Part shown: positions 21,374 to 33,200 of the stretch, piece after piece | Position numbering within the stretch: position 1 is the first letter of the stretch | Layout: each line of letters starts with the position of its first letter | From: Candidatus Latescibacterota bacterium | GTDB lineage: Bacteria > Latescibacterota > UBA2968 | NCBI GenBank assembly: GCA_965198115.1 | Contig: OZ240241.1 | Span: forward strand, 864,001 to 928,000 | Length of the DNA stretch: 64,000 nt | Direction: 5' to 3' | Program-made: the position numbers and the translations under genes | The notes under the pieces: model-generated | Databases searched by the model: none | What the model saw: only the letters and a program-made list of their open reading frames with translations | Told to the model about the DNA's origin: nothing

Positions 21374-22792
21374 GGCTCTATCCGGGTTTCTCAACGGTGA
21401 AACTATAGAATGACAAGGTCATAGATCGTTCCCTACGCTTGGTTGTGTGTGTAGGACAATCAAAGCGAAGGGGGTGCGACCTATGACCGGGAGCAGATTA
21501 CTATCGAAACTGCTGAGATTCAAGGGGTTCCGTGTTGTCAGCTGGTGGTTTGAGGGGAGAAGCTGTTTCGTCATCGCCGTAAAGCCACATAAGAATGGTT
21601 GTTGTTGTCCGGAGTGCGGCCGTCGAGGTAAAATCGTCCGCACAATGCCCCATCCGCGTCGGTGGCGTGACATTCCGGTGTGCGGGTGGAGGGTCTGGCT
21701 TCTCTACCATCCTCGGGAGATTCGGTGTCCTACCCACGGTCGTGTGGTCAGGAGATTCCGTGGGCGGAGCGGTTCTCTCGGGTGACGTATCGCTTCGAGT
21801 ATGCCATGCTGCGCTACTGCCAGACCATGACGCAGAAGGCGGCGTCCGAGTTACTGCGCATCTCTGCCTCGACGCTGTCGGATCTCCTTCACCGATCCAT
21901 CACGCGGCTTCGTGAAGGTCATCGTATCCGAGGGCTCAAAACCATCGGGATCGACGAGATCTCCTACGCCAAGCGTCACAGGTACGCCACGCTCGTTTAC
22001 GATCTGGACCGCTCCTGCGTGGTGTGGGTTGGCCGCGGCAGGGCGCGTAAAACGATCGATCGGTTCTTCACAGAGGCTCTCAGTCCCTACCGGAGATCCA
22101 AGATCGAGTGGGCCTGCTGCGACATGAGCGAAGCTTACATCGGAGCCATCCAGGAACACTGTCCGAATGCCAAGCTGGTCCTCGATCGCTTTCACATCGT
22201 CAAGGCTCTCAATGCCGCCGTTGACGAGGTCCGTAAGGACCAGTGGCGTAAAGCTGCCCCGGATGAGCGCAAAGCCATGAAGGGTCTCCGATGGCTCCTC
22301 TACCGGCACTCAGCGACACGCTCCAGAGGGGATACTCGGACACTCAAAGCACTGGAGAAGGCGAACTACCGAATCTATAGAGCCTGGAGACTCAAGGACG
22401 AGTTCGAGCAGTTCTGGGAATACAAAGCGCCCTGGGCTGCCGAACGCTTCCTGAAATGCTGGACGACGTCCGCACTCAGAAGTCGACTTGAACCCCTGCG
22501 AAAGTTCGTCAGGACCCTGCGACAGCACTTCTTCGGCGTCCTCGCATTCGTGAACACGCGTCTTACCAACGCCATCGCCGAAGGCCTCAACCGAATCGTC
22601 CAAATCGTCAAGAACCGAGCCAGCGGATTCCGCACACTCGACGCATTCAACGATATGATCTTCCTTACCGTCGGAGACATAAACATCCCTGAGCAGATTC
22701 CGAAGAGGTTCCGCACACTCTAACCGCGCCCCCATGCCAGGAACCACGGCACCTTCACCCACTTCATCTCGTTGAGAGATCCGGATATAGCC
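21374..22792 (+). mobile_element. ISL3-family IS (1419 bp), transposase frameshifted
   Basis: Same IRs; same 1-bp deletion (near 21750) as the 16134 copy; flanks TTAAATGT/TAAAATAA are not a TSD. Confidence 0.95.
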
Positions 22793-22807
22793 TAAAATAA
22801 ATATACT

Positions 22808-24181
22808 GAGTTCAGGTCAATAGGTGTGTAAAAGAAATCAGGCGGCCATCTTCCCGGCTTCGACCTGCGGTTCGGTTGAGTGTTTCTGATCGTAGACTTG
22901 TTGTAGCAAGTGTGGCGCGGTGAGTTTCCTGAATCGGCTCTCTGCGACCTTGAGCGTACGCCAGATGAGAGTCGTGGCGTTCCTGACTTTCTTGAATCGC
23001 CTGGCGGCGTTTGTGCGAAGCCGAACGGAAGCAAAGGGGCTCTCGACGACGTTCGTGGTTCTCAGGTGTTTCCAGTGTTCCTTCGGGAAGTCGTAGAACG
23101 TGACCATCCGATCCCAGTTTCTTTCGAGCGTCTCCACGGCGGCAGGGAACTGTGAGCGATACCGTGCGGCAAAGCGTTTCCGGAGCTTCTCGGCCTCCTT
23201 TTTCGTGCCGGCATAGGGGATCTGGACGAGCAGTGCGCGGGCTTCAGCCTGTGCACGCTTGGCGACCTTGTCGAGCACGTTGAGGATCTTGTGGTTCCAG
23301 CACCGTTGTTGCCGGCTCTCTGGCCAGACCTGATCAACGGCCGCCCAGATGCCCATATTCCCGTCCGCGGCGATCAGGACAGGATGTTCGAGCCCGCGAT
23401 CCCGGAGATCCCGTAGCACCGTGAGCCAGGATTCTGTAGACTCTCGATAACCGGGTTCTATCGCCAGGATCTCCTTGCTGCCGTCGCTCATCGCGCCGAT
23501 CACGACCAGCAGACACGCCTTCTCGCGCTCGAGCCCGGCTTTGACGTAGATGCCATCAGCCCAGGCGTAGACCAGTTCGCGATTATCCAGACGCCTTTCT
23601 TTCCAGTCCTGGAAGTCGACCTCCCACTTCCCTCGAAGACGAGCGATCGAGGTCGGCGAAAGCGGCGCGCCATCACCGAGCAGCGCACGCAAAGACAACT
23701 CGAAGTCGCCCTGGGAGAGACCGTGGAGATAAAGGTCGGGAAGCAGATCTCCAATGGCCCTGGTTCTCCGGGCGAACAGGGGGAGGATGCGGCTTTCAAA
23801 CCGCTCTTCCAGACCACGAACCCGGGGACGCCGGACCTTGATCGTTCCGCAGCTCGTCGAGAGACGCCGGGGCTTGCCGTAGCCGTTCCTGTAGCCCGTG
23901 GAGCTATCGACCTCGGCTCGGCGCTCATACCACGACCGGCCCAAGAACGCGGTCGCCTCCTCCTCCAGAATGGACTGGAACCGGCCCTGGATCTCTTCAC
24001 GGATCCAATCGTCAACCGTCTCCCACGTCGGCATGGACTTCAATGGGGCTCTATGCGTATGTTCCTTCACGGCGATCCTCCTTCCCAACCGGGCCTCTCA
24101 CCCGGTTTTGTGTGAATCAACTATCTCACGGGAAGGGTAGGGTCGCCCTTTCTCTTTTTCCACACCTTTTGATTATAGCTC
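22808..24181 (-). mobile_element. IS256-family IS, type A copy 1 (1374 bp; transposase ORF 22838-24088)
   Basis: IRs GAGCTATAATCAAAAGGTGTGGAAAA / GAGYTCAGGTCAATAGGTGTGTAAAA; GYRNGY, WADG, ES..SW, QRCWNHK, RTTNVVES; no TSD. Confidence 0.95.
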
Positions 24182-24267
24182 ATGGTCCCGGAAAGATGCG
24201 CATGGGTTGCCTAGCAATATTCCGATCGTTCTTGCCGAGTAGGTCTACGAATTTCCGTTCTGAAAAG

Positions 24268-24312
24268 GAGCTATAATCAAAAGGTGTGGAAAAAGAGAAA
24301 GGGCGACCCTAC
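24268..24312 (+). mobile_element. Isolated 45-bp left end of IS256 type A
   Basis: GAGCTATAATCAAAAGGTGTGGAAAAAGAGAAAGGGCGACCCTAC, then unrelated sequence. Confidence 0.85.
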
Positions 24313-24315
24313 TGA

Positions 24316-24519
24316 GTGAGGCGACGCGTGCAGTATCGGTTGGCGATTGCCGCGAACCAACCCAGGGGGGTGTTCCGGAAGGCGGTTGACGATGCCGGGC
24401 TGCTGGACCCGTTCGACGTCGTGGGCATAAGCGAAGAGATGGGCCTGGCCAAGCCGGATCCAGCGTTCTTCGAAGCGATTCTGACGACGCCGAAACGAAG
24501 GCCTATCTGGACAGCCTGA
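24316..24519 (+). pseudogene. HAD hydrolase internal fragment
   Basis: YRLAIAANQ...FDVVGISEEMGLAKPDPAFFEAIL; no N-terminal DxD motif. Confidence 0.7.
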
Positions 24520-24792
24520 AGCTGGCACCCTCGAGGGGGCCTGGGAAAGCGAATTTAGACGTGTCAGCCGACGTAGTGGTGACGTCGTTGACCGATCTGC
24601 CAGGAAAAATCGCTCGATTGAAACAAGAGCTATAAACAATGGTTAAACAATAAGTTATGAAATACGTCTTAAAAGTGGCCTCGGGGCCACTTTTTCAATG
24701 AAGAAGAGCGAACGAGGGCCTCTCCTGAACACTCTTTTCGCGGCTGGACTGGCAGCCGAGGGCGCGAAGCGAGCAGTGAGGCAACAGGAACC

Positions 24793-26247
24793 CTACACCC
24801 CAATCTCAGGCCGCCGATCCCAGGGCCGCGCCTTCTCGATGGCGGCGGAAGCAGCGAGGACCGTCAGTTCGTCCTCGAGGCGGGCGACGATCTGGAAGCC
24901 GATGGGCAGTCCGTCGGGGGAGAAGCCGCAGGGCACGCTCGCGGCAGGATTGCCGGTCAGGTTGAAGGCCGGGGTGAACGGGATGAAGCCCCACCTCGTG
25001 CGCGCGATGCTTCGTCCGGCTATCACGGTCGGAGGCTGCTCGATCGGAAACGCAGGGACGGCCGTCGTCGGGCAGAGGAGGAGGTCGATGTCGGCGAAGA
25101 AACGCTCCGTGTAGGCCCGGTAGCGGCCGATCGCATTGAGCGTGTGCAGGTAGTCCCCCATCCTTTCGCGTCCGTGCTCGAGGTCTTCGCGGAAGTAATC
25201 GGTCAGCTGTTCGGCGGAGGTGGAGTTGTCGATCAGCTCACCGTGCGCCGCGAAGCCCTTGATGCAGAAGAAGTCGAAGAAGCGGTCCATCAGGGCGTCG
25301 TTGCTCTCGTCGGGACAGAAATCCCGCTCTTCGACGTGCGCGCCCAGCTCTTCGAAAGCCGATGCGGCAGCACGGACGGCGGCGACCACGTCGGGATCGG
25401 TCGGAGCGCCCCCCTGGTCGACGCTCAGCGCGATTCGGAGGTCTTTGACGCCGCGATCGAGGCTGCTCGTGAAATCGGGAGGAGTATGAGGCAGGGTCGT
25501 CGACTCGGCGTCGGACGCGGGACCGGCGAGGACATTCATCATCAGTGCGGCGTCCTGGACGGTCCAGGTCATCGGCCCGACAGAGGAGTTGTTGACGGGA
25601 TGCCACGAGTGTTCGCTCGACCATCGGCGGGGGATGCGTCCCTGGGAAGCCTTGATACCGTAGATGCCGCTGAAGCCCGAGGGAATGCGAATCGATCCGC
25701 CACCGTCGCTGCCCTGGGCGATGGAGGTCATTCCTGCCGCGACGGATACGGCCGCGCCTCCGCTAGAGCCCCCCGGCGTGCGCTCTGGATTCCACGGGTT
25801 GCGCGCCGGTCCGAACACGCGATTCTCCGTCGTGCCAGCGTGCCCATACTCAGGCGTGTTCGTCTTCCCGATGATAATGGCGCCCGCCTCGCGAAGACGC
25901 TCAGTGCAGAGAGCGTCTGAGTCAGCGATCTCGTCATCGGGGATGCACCCGTGCGTGAGGCGAACGCCCTTGACGCCTTCGAGGTCCTTGATCGGGACGG
26001 GGATTCCGTGCAGGGGTCCGAGGTCACTGCCCCGGGTGACGGCAGCTTCGGCCTCGCGGGCAGCGGCCATCGCTTCGTCCGCCATCACGGTGATGTAGCC
26101 GCCAAGACCTTCGTCCACGGCCTCGATGCGTCCGAGCGTCGCCACGGTCAGTTCGACGGGGGAAAGTTCTTTCGCGCCGATCATTCGACGTAGTTCCGTC
26201 GCCGGCGTGTATCCAGGAACAGTGGGATTGTATTGACTGTTGCTCAT
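24793..26247 (-). CDS. Amidase signature family (GatA-like)
   Basis: GPLHGIPVPIKD, GKTNTPE, GGSSGG, GSDGGGSIRIP. Confidence 0.93.
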   Translation of the reverse strand: MSNSQYNPTVPGYTPATELRRMIGAKELSPVELTVATLGRIEAVDEGLGGYITVMADEAMAAAREAEAAVTRGSDLGPLHGIPVPIKDLEGVKGVRLTHGCIPDDEIADSDALCTERLREAGAIIIGKTNTPEYGHAGTTENRVFGPARNPWNPERTPGGSSGGAAVSVAAGMTSIAQGSDGGGSIRIPSGFSGIYGIKASQGRIPRRWSSEHSWHPVNNSSVGPMTWTVQDAALMMNVLAGPASDAESTTLPHTPPDFTSSLDRGVKDLRIALSVDQGGAPTDPDVVAAVRAAASAFEELGAHVEERDFCPDESNDALMDRFFDFFCIKGFAAHGELIDNSTSAEQLTDYFREDLEHGRERMGDYLHTLNAIGRYRAYTERFFADIDLLLCPTTAVPAFPIEQPPTVIAGRSIARTRWGFIPFTPAFNLTGNPAASVPCGFSPDGLPIGFQIVARLEDELTVLAASAAIEKARPWDRRPEIGV

Positions 26248-26497
26248 CAGTTGGTTAGCGGCGGACGATGGCGCCGCTCACCCTGAGCGACCTCTTTTTC
26301 GATCCTGCGGGCGCAGCCGATCGGAGATAACAGCGCAGGTTGTATCGAAGAGCCTGCCCTGAGCGGAGTCGAAGGGGCGAGCGGCACGCTGATCAAACCC
26401 CAGGTCTGACCAGTCATTTTCCTTCGTGTCTTCGCGTCTTCGTGTTCAAGATTCCCCGGTGTTGCGACTAGTTCCCAAGCCTCTTCGGTAGAAGGGT

Positions 26498-27502
26498 TCA
26501 ACCCTTCGGCCGCCCAATCACCGGATACATCGGATCATTCCATCCCCATCCCGTATGCTCCCCGGGTGGGACGAGTTCATCGACTTTTTCGACCGCTTCA
26601 TTGCTCATCTCCCAACCGAGACAGCCGAGGTTGTCGGCGTACTGCTCCATCGTGCGGGGTCCGACGATTGCGGAGGTGACGATGGGATTGCCGAGCACCC
26701 AATTGAGGCTTAACTGGGTCAGCGTTTTTCCGTGCGCGTCGGCGAGGGGCTTGAGGGCCTGGGCGACTTCGAAGCTTTCGTCGCGGAGCTCGGTGATGAG
26801 GATGCGACGATCCTTACGCGCGGCGCGCGAGCCCTCGGGCGGGTCCTGGCCGACGAGATACTTGCCGGCGAGGACGCCACGGGCGAGGGGGCTGTAGATC
26901 ATCGTGCCGACGCCGAACTTTTCGCACGCGGGGAAGAGGTCGACCTCGGGGTCACGGTTGACGATGTTGTAGAGCGGCTGGACAACCGACATCGGCGAGT
27001 AGCCTCGTTTGTCGGCAATCCAGAGTGCTTCCGTCAGTTGGTGACCGTAAAAGTTCGAGCAGCCGGGATACCGGATTTTGCCCTGGGTGGCGAGGTCGTC
27101 GAGCGCGCGCAACGTTTCTTCCAGCGGGCAGTCGTAGACCGCGCGATGCAGCATATAGATGTCGATGTAGTCGGTGTCGAGACGGCGAAGGCTGTTCTCG
27201 ACCTCATTCATTATATGATAGCGACTCAGCCCGCTGTCGTTGATGCCCTCCCCGCGAGGCCCGTTGACCTTCGTGACGACCACGACCTTGTCGCGCTTGT
27301 TTTTGATGGCTTTTCCGAGTATACGCTCGGCTTCGCCGTCATTATATACATTGGCCGTGTCGATGAAGTTGATGCCGTCGTCGTAGGCGCGGTCGATGAT
27401 CTCGATCGAGTCCGGCTCGCTCGTGGGATTGCCGAACATCATCGTTCCCAGACACAGTCGTGAGACCTTCACCCCGTTGCGCCCGAGGGTTGCGTATTCC
27501 AT
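26498..27502 (-). CDS. Aldo/keto reductase
   Basis: LCLGTMMFG, DTANVY, SLRRLDTDYIDIY, YSPLARG; SD GGAGGAG before ATG 27502. Confidence 0.93.
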   Translation of the reverse strand: MEYATLGRNGVKVSRLCLGTMMFGNPTSEPDSIEIIDRAYDDGINFIDTANVYNDGEAERILGKAIKNKRDKVVVVTKVNGPRGEGINDSGLSRYHIMNEVENSLRRLDTDYIDIYMLHRAVYDCPLEETLRALDDLATQGKIRYPGCSNFYGHQLTEALWIADKRGYSPMSVVQPLYNIVNRDPEVDLFPACEKFGVGTMIYSPLARGVLAGKYLVGQDPPEGSRAARKDRRILITELRDESFEVAQALKPLADAHGKTLTQLSLNWVLGNPIVTSAIVGPRTMEQYADNLGCLGWEMSNEAVEKVDELVPPGEHTGWGWNDPMYPVIGRPKG

Positions 27503-27762
27503 TGACTCCTCCGTTCGGTTGCGTGATGGCACATAATAGTGCCAGCTGTTTTGACCCGCAAGGTTTCGAGCAGGCGAAGGTGCGAGAAACCTGAGCGGGA
27601 GAGCGGGAGAGGAGAGAGCGGGGGAGGCAACAGTTTTGCGACTGCTCATCAATCGAACGCTGATGGATGAGCGACGGGCGTCTCCTCTCCCCGTCCCCCG
27701 CTCTCCCCGTCTCCCGTTCAGCCATTCTTGTCCTGATGGCTGAGGTGTCTTCGAGGTCTCAT

Positions 27763-29069
27763 ATGACAACTCCCAACATCCTCTTGATCATCACCGACCA
27801 GCAGCGATGGGACGCCCTGAGCTGCGTCAGCGACTGGGTGCGAACCCCGAATATGGATCGTCTCGCCGCCGAAGGCGTTCAGTTCTCGAATTGCATCACG
27901 AATTCGCCCGTTTGCGTGCCGACGCGACGATCGCTCGCGACCGGTTTGTATCCTCACAACACGGGGGTCTGGAACAACGGAGACTTCGGACTGGAGCCGG
28001 ACGCGCCGTGCTGGATGCGGGAGATCCGGAATGCAGGGTATCGAACGAGTTTGTTCGGGAAGACGCATCTCAACCGACATCAGGGTGACCTGCGGGAAGT
28101 GGAGCACGTTCTACGCGCACAGGGGATCGATGACATCAACGAGACCGTCGGTCCGCGGGCCTGTGCGCGAACGTTGTCGCATATGACGGCGGAATGGGAC
28201 GAATTGGGGTTGTGGGACGCCTATAAGGCCGACTTTGAAGAGCGTTTCTCGAACGTACCCTGGGTGGTGCGTCCCACGGTGTTGACGCGGGAACATTACT
28301 ATGACACCTACGTCGGGCAACACGCGAAGGGATATCTCGAGAGCTATGAGCGTGATCAACCCTGGTTCTGTTGGGTCAGCTTCGGGGGGCCGCACGAGCC
28401 GTGGGATACGCCGGAGCCCTACGCGTCGATGTATGATCCTGGCGAGATGCCGCCCGTGCTGGATGGGGATTTGCGGGAGGGCGCACGGCCTTCGGGCGAA
28501 CTGGATGTGCGACGGGCCGAGGCAGGAAAGTGGACACCCGAGGAAGCGGCGGCGATGCGGGCGAACTATGCCGGCAACGTGACGCTGATCGATGATCAGC
28601 TGGGGCAGATCTTCTCGACGATCGAGGCGCGGGGCGAGTGGGATAACACGATGATCGTGCTGGCGTCCGACCACGGTGAGATGAACGGCGACTTCGGCCT
28701 CATTTATAAGAGCAACTTCCTGAACAGTGCGGCGAGGGTGCCGCTGCTCGCGAAGTCACCGGGCGTGGCAGGGGGGCGCACGTGCGATGCCTTCGTGGAA
28801 TGGTTCGACATTGGGCCGACCCTCGTCGAGGCTGCGGGCGGCGAGATCGGATACAAGCAACACGCGAAGACGCTGACCCCCTGCCTGTCAGACACGGGCC
28901 ATCGGATTCGCGACGAAGCGTTGTGTGAAATTTCTAACGAAGTGATGGTCGTGAACGAGAAATGGAAAATGGCCGTGAATCGCGAAGGACAACCTTACTT
29001 GCTCTTCGACCTCGAAAACGACCCCGACGAGTCGAAGAACCTCGCCGGCCTCGATGATTATTGCGAGGT
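27763..29069 (+). pseudogene. Sulfatase (formylglycine type), C-terminus cut by IS3
   Basis: PNILLIITDQQR, CVPTR (CxPxR), GKTH, PHEP, SDHGE, LFDLENDPDE. Confidence 0.9.
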
Positions 29070-30293
29070 TGACCTGCCCCCATCTATGTGTCCACATCCA
29101 GAGTTAGGATATGGCTGCGGTGAGCGGTTTGGTGACCGCTTCAGGTGCAGGTGGGCGATAGCCCAATGAGCTGTGTGGTCTGATGTGATTGTACTGCCAG
29201 CGCCACCACTTGGTCAACACCCTAGCCTCCTCCAAGGTCGTGAAGATCTCACCGTTGAGTAGCTCGTCTCTGAGCTTCCCGTTGAAGCTCTCGATGTATC
29301 CGTTCTCCCACGGGCTGCCCGGCTCGATGAACAAAGTTCCGACCTCCAACCTCGAGAGCCAGTCCCGAACCGCTTTGGCTACAAACTCCGGCCCGTTATC
29401 CGATCTGATGTGTTTCGGGACACCATACCTCAGCATCAGCTTCGCCAACGTCCGCAGAACGTCCCGTGATGTTTGCTTGCGAGCGACCTCGATGGTCAGG
29501 CACTCACGCGTGTATTCATCCACGACTGTCAGGAACTTCAACGGCCTCCCTTCACGTGTGCGATCGAACACGAAGTCGTAGGCCCAGACGTGGTTACGAT
29601 GCTCGGGTCTGAGTCTGATGCAGGAGCCGTCGTTGAGCCAAAGTCGACCCCGCTTCGGCTGCCTAGCGGGCACCTTCAGCCCCTCCTGACGCCAGATCCG
29701 CTCCACCCGCTTGTGGTTCACCCGCCAGCCATCGGTCCTAAGAAGAGCCGTGATTCGACGGTAGCCATAACGTCCATATTCGCTGGCCAGAGAGACGATG
29801 TTCGCGGTCAGGACGGTCTCGCCGTCCGCCACCTTGAGCGTGTATCGCTGGGTACGGCGCACCTGACCCAGCACACGGCACGCCCGACGCTCCGAGACAG
29901 CCAGGGCCTCACGCACGTGCCCGACCGCCTTCCTTCGCCGCGTCGGGCTCAGAAGTTTCCCCGGGACACCTCCTTGAGAATCGAGATATCCAGGGCCTGG
30001 TCGGCCACAAGACGTTTCAGACGCCCGTTCTCTTGCTCCAGCTCCTTCAGCCGGCGGACCTGGTCGACCTCCATACCGCCGTATTCCTTGCGCCACCGGT
30101 AATAGGTCTGTTCGCTGACGCCAAGCTCACGCGAGACCTCGCCGACCGTCTTGCCTTACGATATACGAATCTCTGCCTGACGGAGATGTCCGATGATCTG
30201 CTCCGCTGTGTATCGCTTCCTGGCCATTCGGCCCCCTTTCTATGTTCCGATATCCTAACTTTAGGAATGGGAACAATCCAGGGGGGCAGGTCA
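29070..30293 (-). mobile_element. IS3-family IS (1224 bp): orfA 29949-30227 with internal TAA, orfB integrase core ending at 29104
   Basis: TG...CA ends (TGACCTGCCCCC), GGGGAAAC frameshift site, WAYDF, SDNGPEF, NGYIESFNG; no TSD. Confidence 0.95.
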
Positions 30294-33200
30294 GAAAGCG
30301 AAGAGGATCTCGACGGCGTCGCGTATGCGCTTTTCGAGGAGTTCGACAACCTTGGATTCGGGCTATACCGGGCGACGACCATCATCGCGGATAGAGAGAC
30401 GATGAAACGGAGAGCGTGGTTTGCCCTAACTGGCTTGGTCGGTGGCGATCTGGATGGGGTGGAAACAGTCTACGCTAACAGATGGGTTGATTTGGCCGCC
30501 ATCGCCGCTTCGAATCCGCCCCAGAAGATTCGGCACGATGCGTGGATAGCTGGTAAAGAACGCTATCAGCGCGAACAGGTCGAGACGGGTCCGTTCCGCG
30601 AGATAGCCGAAGGTGAAGGGTTCAAGAGGGAGCGGCCGGATCTGGTGGCTGCCATCGATTGGGATCGGTTTCCACCCTCCTGGCATCAATGCACGCTCTA
30701 CCACAAGAACGGCTGGCTCACCCTGGTTTCGAAGGAGAAGCTCGACGATGACAACGTAGCGATCGGTCTGCGATTCGCGGATCTGTTCGAATTCGCCTAC
30801 GACCGGTTCAAGGAGCTGGACGCGAAGCAGAAGGCGAATCGCGAGCTGGCCGTCGAGGCGGCGTTGGAGAGGGTGCGAGGGCAAGCATTGGCAATGGAGG
30901 ACGAGGCGCACCTGACCGGCATCTCGCAGGCGATCTTCGAAGAACTGGAGGGCCTAAACTACGATCTCAGACGATCTGTGATCACGATCGGTGCCGGGGA
31001 TTTAGTGAAGAACTGGGCAACTCTCCGCGACGGCGGTGCGGTACGGTCTGGGCACTCGGCACGGCGTCTGGACGGAGGGATGCGGGAGGCAGTACCAGCG
31101 TTGGCGCGGGAGTCCCAACAGCGTCAGAAGGCCCGAGCCGACGGCCAGGCGTATCACGTCCTTGCGCTGACTGAAAGGGAGGCCCGCGACCGGATTGAGG
31201 CTATGAACCGGTTCGATCCGCAGGCCGACAACCTGCCCCAGACATTACCGCAAGGATCCGAACATCACCATAGTCTGTTCATAAGCAAGGGCAACCTGAG
31301 CCTCATTACGGCATCCGCTCTCGACGAGGCGGAGATCGACATCGGGATTCGATTCGCGAAACTGTTCGAGTTCGCTTACGACCGCTTCCTCGAGCTGGAC
31401 GCGAAGCAGAAGGCGAATCACGAGCTGGCCGTCGAGGCGGCACTCGAGCGCGTGCGCGGTCAGGCGCTGGCGATGGAGAGCGAAGAGGATCTCAATGGTG
31501 TCGCCTATGCACTGTTCGAGGAATTCGACGGGCTCGGCTTCGACCTTGTCCGAGCAACAACTGTGGTGTTCGACCTGGGAGAGAAAACCGCCCGTTCGTG
31601 GTCTGCATTTACTGGCTCTGTTGATGAAACCCTTCAGGGTGTAGAATCAGTCTGGGCCCGACCCAAGTACAGCATAGAAGGCTGGTTCTCGGGCGAAGGT
31701 GGTGGTGAAGACCAGGAGCGCTTTGACGCCTGGCAGTCTGGTGAGCGATACCTGCAACAGTTCAGGGATGATGTCTCCGAAATGATTGAGAGTGCCCGGG
31801 AGATCTTGAAGGCCGAGCGTCCGGATCTGGAATCAGCTTACAATTGGGACAATCACCCTCAATCCGAGCATCTCTGCACGCTCTTCAACGCGCACGGTCT
31901 GATCACCATCGTGACCGAAGAGGAGCTGGACGAAGAGATGATCTCCATCGGGCTCCGCTTTTCCGACCTGTTCAGCTTCGCCTACGACCGCTTTAGCGAG
32001 CTGGACGCGAAGCAGAAGGCGAATCGCGAGCTGGCCGTCGAGGCAGCGCTGGAGCGGGTGCGGGGCAAGGCGCTGGCGATGGAGAGCGAGGAGAACCTGA
32101 CCGGAGTTGCGATCTCTATAGCCGAAAGTTGAAGGGGTTGGAGTATCGACCTCAGCGAATCACCCTATCGACACTCAGCCAGGACGAGATGCTCTTGAAT
32201 AACTGCAAGGCACTCGTCGACGGTGAGGCCACCGATCCCAGCGGCGTTCCGATGTTCAGGGTCCCGGTCGACGAGCTCAATCCATCGCTCACGGAATCGT
32301 TGAATGGCGTAAAGCGTGGCGATCGATTCGAGCACTTCGTCTTAGAAGGCGCGGAGCTGGAAGACAGACGGACATGGCGCAGACAGGTCGCACCCGGGAC
32401 GGAAATGGCAGATGGGTCGGAAGCAACCTACGAGGGGATCTTCGGGAGAGAGGTTGATCGTGAGCACCACTACTCGTTTTTCTACCGGAATGGCTGGCTG
32501 AGGCTCGTCAACGAGACAGAAATATCCGAGGAAGAAATCGAGACAGGGATACGCTTCGCCCGGCTGTTCGAATTCGCACACGATCAATTCCGTGAACTTG
32601 AAGCCAAGCAGGTTCGCGCGCGAGAAGCCGAAGTCGAGGCGTCACTCGAGCGCGTCCGGGCGTGGGCGCTGGCGATGGAGAGGGAAGAAGATCTGTCCTC
32701 CGTGGCTGCCAGCATCGGTGAGGAGCTCAAAGGCCTCGACTACAATCCGAATCGTATCAGGATTCAGGTCATCACTGATGACCGGACAGGCATGCGGAGC
32801 TGGAGCGCGCTCTCACCGGGTGGGAGCACGCGGTCAACTGTGCTGGAGGGAGAGCTGCACACCTTCGCGTCTGTACATTCGGAGCTCCGTGGAAACCACG
32901 AGCGTTCCATCGAGCGCCTGGATGCGGGCGATCCGTCGGAGCATTTCCTGATTGCCGGCGAAGAGCTGGAGAGCACGCGTAAGAGGCGGCAGGAGGCCCT
33001 GGGACAGACACCGTATGCTGAGGTATACGGGGACCCGATGGATCAGGAGAATCAATACTCGTTCTTCTTCAAGAACGGCTGGCTGCGGCTCGTCGCTGAA
33101 GACGAGATCTCCGAGGGAGAGGTCGAGACGGGCATCCGCTTCGCGAAGCTGTTCGAGTTCGCCTACGACCGATTTCTGGAGCTGGATGCGAAGCAGAAGG

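Noticed and set aside
16134-22792. Composite transposon or inversion bounded by inverted ISL3 copies
   Set aside because: The ADH gene is colinear across the first copy, and the outer flanks share no TSD.
30156-30158. Stop-codon reassignment suggested by the in-frame TAA in IS3 orfA
   Set aside because: TAA terminates ordinary genes here (e.g. 6686, 19488, 49428), so a shared nonsense mutation is simpler.
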